Position numbers and translations under genes: made by a program. 64,000 nt of DNA from an uncultured Alphaproteobacteria bacterium (GTDB lineage Bacteria > Pseudomonadota > Alphaproteobacteria > Rhizobiales > Xanthobacteraceae): positions 313,028-377,027 of the forward strand of contig CAVZJE010000013.1 of the NCBI GenBank assembly GCA_963775545.1, written 5' to 3'. The notes below the pieces were generated by a model, which was not told where the DNA came from, did no database searches, and was given only the letters and a program-made list of their open reading frames with translations. Shown here in pieces: positions 57,794 through 64,000 of the stretch (the first letter of the stretch is position 1; the number at the start of each line of letters is the position of its first letter).

Positions 57794-57969
57794 GACTGGT
57801 AGCAGGTTTCCTGGCTCGCGGGTCAGCGCCTTGGACCACCTTCCCAGAATCGGATGATTCCAGTGGCTTATATGGTCGTCGGCTCGCCGCTTACAGTTGC
57901 GGGGGCAGCTGCGGCATTGTCGTGAGACGCACCGCATTCCCTTGTTAGGCCCTTGCGGGCACTACCGTC
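57794..57969 (-). promoter_or_regulatory. Cobalamin (B12) riboswitch
   Basis: Minus-strand RNA read by hand: GACGGUAGUGCCCGCAAGGGCCUAACAAGGGAAUGCGGUGCGUCUCACGACAAUGCCGCAGCUGCCCCCGCAACUGUAAGCGGCGAGCCGACGACCAUAUAAGCCACUGGAAUCAUCCGAUUCUGGGAAGGUGGUCCAAGGCGCUGACCCGCGAGCCAGGAAACCUGCUACCAGUC. It contains the conserved GGGAA, GCUGCCCCCGCAACUGUAAGCGG, CCACUGG, GGGAAGG and B12-box (GCGAGCCAGGAAACCUGC) blocks. P1 closes as GGUAG/CUACC. Confidence 0.85.
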
Positions 57970-58079
57970 ATCAACTTGGCATCGGTTCAGCGCGCGTGTC
58001 AATGCGTGCGGCGAAGTGCCGCTTTCGGGCGATCGCTTCGCGCGCCCGGGCGGTGTTTCGTCAGTTGCTAGGCCGCGCC

Positions 58080-58784
58080 TCACGGCCGCCTTGGAATATC
58101 CAGTCCGCGCTTGACCGCCGGCCGCGCCAGGCCGCGATCGAGCCAGGCCGGAACATGGTGGAAATCATCGAACGCGACCAGTTCGCGCGCGCCATAGAAG
58201 CCGATCAGATTGCGCACCCAGCCGAGCATCGAGATATCGGCGATGGTGTATTCGTCGTCCATGATCCACTGCCGGCCGCCAAGACGGGACTCGATCACTC
58301 CGAGCAGGCGCTTTGATTCATTGGCGTAACGCTCGAGCGGCCGCTTGTCGGCGATCTCCTTGCCGGCGAATTTATGGAAGTAGCCCAGTTGGCCGAACAT
58401 CGGCCCGATGCCGCCCATCTGGAAGTGCAGCCATTGAATGGTCTGGTAGCGGCGCGCCGGATCGGCCGGCAGCAGCTTGCCGGTTTTCTCGGCGAGATAT
58501 TGCAGGATCGCACCGGACTCGAACAAGCCGAGCGGTTTGCCGCCGGGTCCATTCGGGTCGATGATCGCGGGAATTTTTCCGTTTGGATTGAGCGACAGAA
58601 ATTCCGGCGTCTTCTGGTCGTCCTTGTTAAAGTCGACGAGATGCACCTCGTACGGCAAGCCGGTCTCTTCCAGCATGATCGAAACCTTGACACCATTCGG
58701 CGTCGGCAGCGAATAGAGCTGAAGCAAGTCCGGACGTTTCGCGGGCCAGCGTTTCGTGATCGGAAAGGCCGAAAGATCAGACAT
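58080..58784 (-). CDS. Glutathione S-transferase (YfcG/Nu-class-like)
   Basis: 234 aa with LYSLPTPNGVKVSIMLEETGLPYE and LSLNPNGKIPAIID. Confidence 0.85.
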   Translation of the reverse strand: MSDLSAFPITKRWPAKRPDLLQLYSLPTPNGVKVSIMLEETGLPYEVHLVDFNKDDQKTPEFLSLNPNGKIPAIIDPNGPGGKPLGLFESGAILQYLAEKTGKLLPADPARRYQTIQWLHFQMGGIGPMFGQLGYFHKFAGKEIADKRPLERYANESKRLLGVIESRLGGRQWIMDDEYTIADISMLGWVRNLIGFYGARELVAFDDFHHVPAWLDRGLARPAVKRGLDIPRRP

Positions 58785-58840
58785 TAGCGGCTCGCATCTT
58801 GCTCAGGTTTGATTATTCAGGCTTGGCGGCACGCCTGATT

Positions 58841-59185
58841 TTACTTCCCGTCGTCGAAGCTGACGATCACGGCCGCGTTGGCAATGAGAATAGGATCGTT
58901 ACCGCTCTCGGACGGGATTTCGAGACCGCCTTTGACCGCGGTTACTTTTTTCGTCCCGTAAGGCAGTTCCTTCGCGACCGCCTCAGTGTCAACGCCTTCC
59001 GGATTCGGCACGGCGATCGTGACATCGACGAACATGTCGTTGGCGGTCTTGCCCAGCATCCGAAAGAAGCCGAGGCTGGAATGGCGGATCGCGTCCGACA
59101 CCGCGCGCTTGGCCGCCTTCGTCGCGTCCCTGCCATGGACGTCGACGCCCATGCCCATCTCGGTAATACAACGCACGCGTGTCAT
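58841..59185 (-). CDS. Lin0512 family protein
   Basis: 114 aa starting MTRVRCITEMGMGVDVHGRDATKAAKRAVSDAI, which matches my memory of the Lin0512_fam N-terminus. Confidence 0.65.
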   Translation of the reverse strand: MTRVRCITEMGMGVDVHGRDATKAAKRAVSDAIRHSSLGFFRMLGKTANDMFVDVTIAVPNPEGVDTEAVAKELPYGTKKVTAVKGGLEIPSESGNDPILIANAAVIVSFDDGK

Positions 59186-59246
59186 CGATCCCTCGTCTTG
59201 GTCAGGTTAAAGCTCGCTGCTGGATATTGGTTCCACGCGGGGCGAG

Positions 59247-60176
59247 TCAACTGCCATCGTCGGCAGCTTCGCCATCCGCCGCAAGCATCAGCTTCGCGTC
59301 GTTCACGATATAGCGAGCATAACGATAGTCGCGGATGAAGCTGATGCGGCCGTCGCGCCATTCGAGCCACATGAAGTAGCTGGGCTTTAGGTCGGCGCTG
59401 TTTTCGAACACCGCGATCACTTCGCGGCCCTCGACCCAGGCCGGCGCGAGCTTCACGCCTTCGAATTTGGCGTAAATCGTGAAGAACATGCCGACATCCG
59501 CGGCCCCGACGCGAACCGGATGGGTCGACTGATGCAGCTTCACATCGTCGGCCAAAAGCGCGCGCAGGCCGTCCCAGTTCTGCGCGTTGAACAGCGCGAC
59601 ATAGCGTGCAACCGCGGCCGAAACCGGCCTTGTAGCGGCAAGCGTGGCGGCTTGCGCATTGATTTCGCGAAGGCGCGTGCGCCCCCGCGCCAGATGGGCC
59701 TTCACGGCATCGACCGTCAAATCGAGCAGTTCGGCGATGTCCTTGAGCAATTCGTCCAGCACGTCCTTGAGGATCACGACACTGCGCTGAAGCAGCGGAA
59801 GCTCGGCAAAACGCGAAACGGCGGTCTCGACCGCTTCCTGACGCATCAAGACCTCCATCGGATCAGGATTGGCTTCGTCGGCGATATCGGAGGCGGCTTC
59901 GATCGGCTCCGCCTTCCGCACCGCCCGGCCGCGCAACAGATCGAGCGCGCGATTATGCGCAATTCGAAACAGCCACGGCCGAAGCTGCGGCGTTTCCTCG
60001 GCTTCGCCGAGCGCCACGAGCGCGCGAGCGAGCGCGTCTTGCACGACGTCCTCGCCGTCGATCACTGATCCCATCAGTCGCGCGCAATAACGGTGCAATT
60101 CACCACGCAGCTCGCCGGTCAGAGCCAAGAGCTCCGCCCGGCGGTCAGAATGCGGCGAGGATGGCCCAGCGTTCAA
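59247..60176 (-). CDS. ECF RNA polymerase sigma factor with a fused C-terminal NTF2/SnoaL-like domain
   Basis: 309 aa. Region 2 (DVVQDALARALV, RPWLFRIAHNRALDLLR), region 4 (LPLLQRSVVILKDVLDELLKDIAELLDLTVDAVKAHLARGRTRL), then ~130 extra residues. The TTG start overlaps the SDR stop, so the start is uncertain. Confidence 0.85.
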   Translation of the reverse strand: MNAGPSSPHSDRRAELLALTGELRGELHRYCARLMGSVIDGEDVVQDALARALVALGEAEETPQLRPWLFRIAHNRALDLLRGRAVRKAEPIEAASDIADEANPDPMEVLMRQEAVETAVSRFAELPLLQRSVVILKDVLDELLKDIAELLDLTVDAVKAHLARGRTRLREINAQAATLAATRPVSAAVARYVALFNAQNWDGLRALLADDVKLHQSTHPVRVGAADVGMFFTIYAKFEGVKLAPAWVEGREVIAVFENSADLKPSYFMWLEWRDGRISFIRDYRYARYIVNDAKLMLAADGEAADDGS

Positions 60177-60931
60177 GCCGCCGCTCCCTCGATCATGGTT
60201 ATCCCCGTGTCGCCCTTGAGGCCAAAGACGACGCCGTCAGCGTATTTCGGGTCCTCCAACACGCAAACTACTTTCTCGCCGAATTCGCGCGGCGGCATCG
60301 GCGCCCCGAAGCGCGCCAGGAATTCCTCGCGTCCGATGCCCATCGCGCGGGCATAGGCGTTGGCGCCGGCATCACCGACCCCAGTATCGCCGATGATCTG
60401 CAGCGGAACGATCGCCTGAAAGCTGATTCCAAGCTTGTTCTGCACCGAGACGCCATTGGCATATTTAGCCATCAGCCAGAGCATCCGCTTGGCGCCGGCA
60501 TAGCCGCCCGAAAGCGGCGACCCGTTTTGGGCCGCGCCGCTCGATCCGACGAGGACTCGGCTGCCGGATTTCAGTGGCGTCTTCAGCGCCGCCTGCATCC
60601 AGTAGAGCCCACCCTTGACGTCGGTCTCCCACGTCGCGCTGAAATCCTCCCAGCTCAACAGGTCCAGCCGTCCCATCGGCGGCTTCGCGCCGGCGTTGAG
60701 CACGAGGATGTCCGGGTGAATTTCGCCCAAAATCCGGTGGGCGGCGGCCTCGTCGGTGACATCGGCTGAGATCACGGTGACACCGAGCCGTTCCCGCGCC
60801 GCCGCAAGCGCATCGCTATTGCGCGCCACGACCGTCACTTTGGCACCATGTTCGACCAGCGCCTCGACCAAGCCAAGACCGAGGCCGCGGCTTCCACCGG
60901 TGACGACAACTTTCTTGTCTTTCAGGTTCAT
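60173..60931 (-). CDS. SDR family oxidoreductase
   Basis: ORF 60173..60976, start MNLKDKKVVVTGGSRGLGLG at 60931. YAGAKRML catalytic motif. Confidence 0.8.
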   Translation of the reverse strand: MNLKDKKVVVTGGSRGLGLGLVEALVEHGAKVTVVARNSDALAAARERLGVTVISADVTDEAAAHRILGEIHPDILVLNAGAKPPMGRLDLLSWEDFSATWETDVKGGLYWMQAALKTPLKSGSRVLVGSSGAAQNGSPLSGGYAGAKRMLWLMAKYANGVSVQNKLGISFQAIVPLQIIGDTGVGDAGANAYARAMGIGREEFLARFGAPMPPREFGEKVVCVLEDPKYADGVVFGLKGDTGITMIEGAAA

Positions 60932-60998
60932 CGCTTCGCTCCATTGTTTGAATGTAGCCAGAACGATCGAGGCCATGAAAAAGAGTCGCGATACCTCA

Positions 60999-61280
60999 TC
61001 AAGAATGCGGATCGGCGCTTCGTCGCCGCGAGATCAGCTTCAGCCACGGCGCCGAATGAAAGACGCCCATCAGCAAATACATGGGCGCCATTCCGCCCGG
61101 CCATAAGTGACCCGCGGCCGAGCAAAGTGTATTCGGCAGTCCGCTATCGACAACAACCGTCAGCAGCGCCATAGCCACAAAGGTTGGCGACGCCGCGAAA
61201 CGTAGCCATTTGGCCATGGCCCGCGCCGCCACGACGCCATGGTCGTCAAAGCGCGTATCGCTCACGCCGGCGGCGGTCAT
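60999..61280 (-). CDS. Small membrane protein (2 predicted TM)
   Basis: 93 aa. Its ATG overlaps the DUF899 stop (ATGA at 61277-61280). Hydrophobic segments FAASPTFVAMALLTVVV and MAPMYLLMGVF. Confidence 0.45.
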   Translation of the reverse strand: MTAAGVSDTRFDDHGVVAARAMAKWLRFAASPTFVAMALLTVVVDSGLPNTLCSAAGHLWPGGMAPMYLLMGVFHSAPWLKLISRRRSADPHS

Positions 61281-62041
61281 ACCTTTGCGCCTGCGTCACG
61301 CTTGCGAAAGGCGGCCTCGCCGGCGTCCGAGACCTCGACCCACTTGGGGTCAGGCGCGGCATGGGGGATGTAACTCTCGTTCCAGTTCCACCACTTGTAG
61401 GGCGGGCTCTGGGGATAGCCGGCCGGCGAGTCCTCCCACGCCTCCTGACGGCCGAGCGCGGTCATGTCGAGGTAGCTCCAGACCGTGCCCATCGCTTCGT
61501 CGCCGCGGCTGTTGATCAGGTAGGTCCGGAATATCTGTTCGCCATCGCGGATGAATGCGTTGTGGCCGTGCCATTCAGCGACGCCAAAGTCAGCGTCGAA
61601 GCTGTCGGTGATGGTGTACCAGGGGATCCTGCCCCAGCCCATTCGTCCCTTGAGGCGCGCGATGTCGGCCTGCGGTGCCCGTGAGGCGTACACCAGCGTC
61701 GTATCGCGCGCGTTCAGGTGGACAGGGTTGGACACCTGGTCGGCCCCCAGCGAACAGCCGATGCAGGCGTGCTCCGGCCAGCCGTGTACGCCAGGTTCAA
61801 AGAAGGCGCGGTAGACGATTAACTGGCGGCGGCCCTCGAACAAATCGAGCAGGCTCCGTTTACCCACAGGCCCGTCGAACTCGTAGGTCTTCTCAACAGC
61901 CATCCACGGCATCCGCCGGCGCTCGGCGGTCAGCGCGTCGCGGGCGCGGGTCAGGGCCTTCTCCTTTGCGAGCAGTTGCTCCCGTGCGGCCTCCCATTCC
62001 TTCGGCGATACGATCGGTGGTGTGTTTGTAGGGAGCGGCAT
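61277..62041 (-). CDS. DUF899 thioredoxin-like family protein
   Basis: 254 aa with GGAGG 5 nt before the ATG. N-terminal coiled region WEAAREQLLAKEKALTRARDALTAERRRMPW and LIVYRAFF, typical of DUF899 as I recall it. Confidence 0.8.
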   Translation of the reverse strand: MPLPTNTPPIVSPKEWEAAREQLLAKEKALTRARDALTAERRRMPWMAVEKTYEFDGPVGKRSLLDLFEGRRQLIVYRAFFEPGVHGWPEHACIGCSLGADQVSNPVHLNARDTTLVYASRAPQADIARLKGRMGWGRIPWYTITDSFDADFGVAEWHGHNAFIRDGEQIFRTYLINSRGDEAMGTVWSYLDMTALGRQEAWEDSPAGYPQSPPYKWWNWNESYIPHAAPDPKWVEVSDAGEAAFRKRDAGAKV

Positions 62042-62140
62042 AATTGACCTCCTGTTGGCTGTTTGGGCACCCGAGCCCGGTTCAAGTGGCCTGATGGAGC
62101 AAAGACGTTCGAGACGCCGAAAAGGAGTCAGGTCTGCCGC

Positions 62141-62176
62141 AAAAAAACGCCGCCGCCCTTGCTGACCGACGGCGCC
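62141..62176 (-). terminator. Intrinsic terminator downstream of the MFS gene
   Basis: Minus-strand RNA CGCCGUCG-gucagcaaggg-CGGCGGCG (8 bp including one G-U pair) followed by UUUUUUU. Starts about 50 nt after stop 62227. Confidence 0.55.
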
Positions 62177-62226
62177 TCACGCGAGCGTTACCCGACGGGA
62201 TCGCCGGTCGTTGTGCTGGCAGGTCG

Positions 62227-63447
62227 TTAGGCCGGCACGGCGGCGGGCTCGGCCTCGATCTTGGGGAATGGCGTGAATGTCAGGAGGATAAAGAACGCGC
62301 CGAGTCCGACGGCCCAGGAGCCGATATAGAGCCCGGCGTAGCTGCCGAAGGTGTCATAGATCAGGCCACCGGCAATCGGTCCGGTCGCCATGCCGAGGCT
62401 TCCGGCCATCGACAGCCCGCCGATCACGGTGCCGAGCATGTGCATTGGAAAGTTCTCGCGTACCAGCACCGAATAAAGCGGCATGGTGCCGGCATAGATG
62501 AAGCCGAACAGTGCTGCCACCGCGTAGAACTGGCCTAACTGCTGCGCGAAGACGTAGCCGAGCGCGCCAAATGCCTGCAATAGCAGCCCCGTCACCAGCA
62601 CCCGCTTGGCGCCAAAGCGGTCGCCGAGCAGACCGAAAGCGAGACGGCCGCCCATTCCGGCGAGGCCTTCGACGCTATAGATCGTGACCGCCGTGATCAT
62701 CGGAATGCCGCAGCTGACGGCGTAGCTGACGGTATGGATGATCGGGCCGGAATGCGTCGCGCAGCAGAAGAAATTGGTCGTGAGCAGAATGATGAATTGC
62801 GGCGAACGCAGCGCCTCGGCCAGCGACATCCCCGGCTGCGGCGCGCTGCTTCCGGACAGCGCGACGGGCGCGGCCGCGAGCGCTGGCGGACGGCGCGCCA
62901 GAAACGAGACCGGAATCATGATCGCGCCAACGACGCCTGCAAGAATGAGCATCGTGGTCCGCCAGTCATGATGCGAGACCAGCCAGGCGACGAGCGGCGA
63001 CATGGTCATCGGCGCCATTCCCATGCCGGCCGAAACCAGCGACACCGCAAGGCTGCGATGGGTTTCGAACCAGCCGGTGACGGTCGCCATCATCGGCGCA
63101 AAGATCGCGGACGTACCGGCCCCAACCATCACGCCGAAAAGGAATTGAAAGGCGAGCAGCGACTTCGCCTGGCTCGCGAGCGCGAAACTCGTCGCGATCA
63201 CCACCGAGCCGCTCAAAACGACCGGCAGCGGCCCGTAGCGGTCGGACAAGGTGCCCCACAGCATGCTGGTCATGGCCATCGCCAAAAAGCCGATGGTCAT
63301 GGCGCTGGACACGCCCGTGACGGACCAGCCGGTATCCCGTGCGATGGGCTGGAGCAGCACCGGCAGCGAGAACATGCCGCCGACCGCCACGCAGCCAAGC
63401 AGGCCACCGGCGGCAACAATCACCCAGCGATAGTACGAATTGGTCAT
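62227..63447 (-). CDS. MFS transporter
   Basis: ORF 62227..63510, start MTNSYYRWVIVAAGGLLG at 63447. 12-TM pattern, with GTLSDRYGP. Confidence 0.85.
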   Translation of the reverse strand: MTNSYYRWVIVAAGGLLGCVAVGGMFSLPVLLQPIARDTGWSVTGVSSAMTIGFLAMAMTSMLWGTLSDRYGPLPVVLSGSVVIATSFALASQAKSLLAFQFLFGVMVGAGTSAIFAPMMATVTGWFETHRSLAVSLVSAGMGMAPMTMSPLVAWLVSHHDWRTTMLILAGVVGAIMIPVSFLARRPPALAAAPVALSGSSAPQPGMSLAEALRSPQFIILLTTNFFCCATHSGPIIHTVSYAVSCGIPMITAVTIYSVEGLAGMGGRLAFGLLGDRFGAKRVLVTGLLLQAFGALGYVFAQQLGQFYAVAALFGFIYAGTMPLYSVLVRENFPMHMLGTVIGGLSMAGSLGMATGPIAGGLIYDTFGSYAGLYIGSWAVGLGAFFILLTFTPFPKIEAEPAAVPA

Positions 63448-63556
63448 TCCAGGGTCTCCCATCCAGTCCAGTCTGCATAGAAGACGAACCGAACTCCCGG
63501 AAACCGACACTCGATTGGCCGTAACCTTACATTATTTTGACCGATCGGGTGCCTCG

Positions 63557-64000
63557 TTAGGCGACCTTCTCCCACATGAAGTAGGCATTGCGGTCCCGCT
63601 CCTGCTCGTTGACGACGGAGCGAATGCGCAAAAGGTCCTTGCGGGCGATGAGGCCGACCACAAGATGCCTGTCGCGATCCACAATCGGAATGCGTCCGAG
63701 ATCGGCCGACACCATGAGGTCGGCCACACGCCCCAGCACCTCGTCGGGATAGGCCGAGACCGCTGAGGTATCGGAGACGAGATCGTCCAGGGTCGCGGCC
63801 TGGTGCGCGCCCTCGGTGCGCCAGCGCAGAACATCCGACCGAGCTACCATGCCGGCGAGCCGCCCATCCGCCGTCACCACGGGATAGGACTTGTGACGGT
63901 GTTCATCGGCGGTGAAGAAGGCGACCGCATCATCCACCGGCATGCTGACCGGCAGTGTATCGACATTCTTCACCATCACGTCGGCGACCCGCAACAGCTC
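63557..64000 (-). CDS. CBS-domain pair, C-terminal part of a larger protein (N-terminus outside the window)
   Basis: The reading frame is open to the window end. Two CBS-like units (VADVMVKNVDTLP..., GRIPIVDRDRHLVGLIARKDLL). It could be the cytoplasmic tail of a ClC-type channel, but that cannot be decided here. Confidence 0.6.
   Translation of the reverse strand, partial: ELLRVADVMVKNVDTLPVSMPVDDAVAFFTADEHRHKSYPVVTADGRLAGMVARSDVLRWRTEGAHQAATLDDLVSDTSAVSAYPDEVLGRVADLMVSADLGRIPIVDRDRHLVVGLIARKDLLRIRSVVNEQERDRNAYFMWEKVA

Noticed and set aside
57734-57937. ORFs 57734..57937 (-), 57868..58083 (-) and 57897..58316 (+) in the receptor-GST spacer.
   Set aside because: They overlap the cobalamin riboswitch and its expression platform. 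The conserved RNA blocks explain the sequence better than a coding function does.

Overview
GC-rich core-chromosome segment. By protein resemblance it looks alphaproteobacterial, Bradyrhizobiaceae/Nitrobacteraceae-like; that placement is inference, and no search was run. I support about 70 protein genes, nearly all housekeeping.

Gene order:
- pepA (partial), divergent from lptF-lptG-lptD-surA-pdxA-rsmA
- Zn-ADH, gmk, yicC, mltG
- fabF-acpP-fabG-fabD (minus strand)
- rpsF-rpsR-DUF2232-rplI
- cfa, dnaB, alr, xthA, an HD-GYP protein
- sulfite dehydrogenase pair, divergent from a TauE-like exporter
- radA, cvpA-purF, an SDR, MFS-der-lipoprotein-yfgM-like
- panB, NnrU, prfC, PiT with a DUF47 partner
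- a five-gene LIV-type ABC transporter
- ArsC-family protein, M20 amidohydrolase
- PepSY protein and TonB-dependent receptor behind a cobalamin riboswitch
- a co-directional redox-type cluster: GST, Lin0512, ECF sigma with a fused C-terminal domain, SDR, small membrane protein, DUF899
- MFS transporter, and a partial CBS-domain gene at the window end

I saw no rRNA, tRNA, CRISPR array, IS element, transposase, integrase or recognisable defence system.

Signals not explained by genes:
1. Six intergenic loci carry a modular family of CTAGTG...CACTAG-capped hairpin doublets (REPIN/MITE-like). Four of them supply the stop codon or last codons of the adjacent gene.
2. A clear cobalamin riboswitch, read directly from the minus strand, precedes the TonB receptor-PepSY pair.
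3. A secreted CxxCH protein gene appears broken by a 1-nt frameshift plus one in-frame TGA.
4. A short Pro-rich lipoprotein occupies the slot where bamB sits between yfgM and der in E. coli.
5. A separate 126-bp nested palindrome follows purF.

Start codons are my choices within the supplied ORFs, based on SD-like sequences, signal peptides and family N-termini, and may be off. Non-ORF coordinates were counted by hand and checked against ORF anchors.
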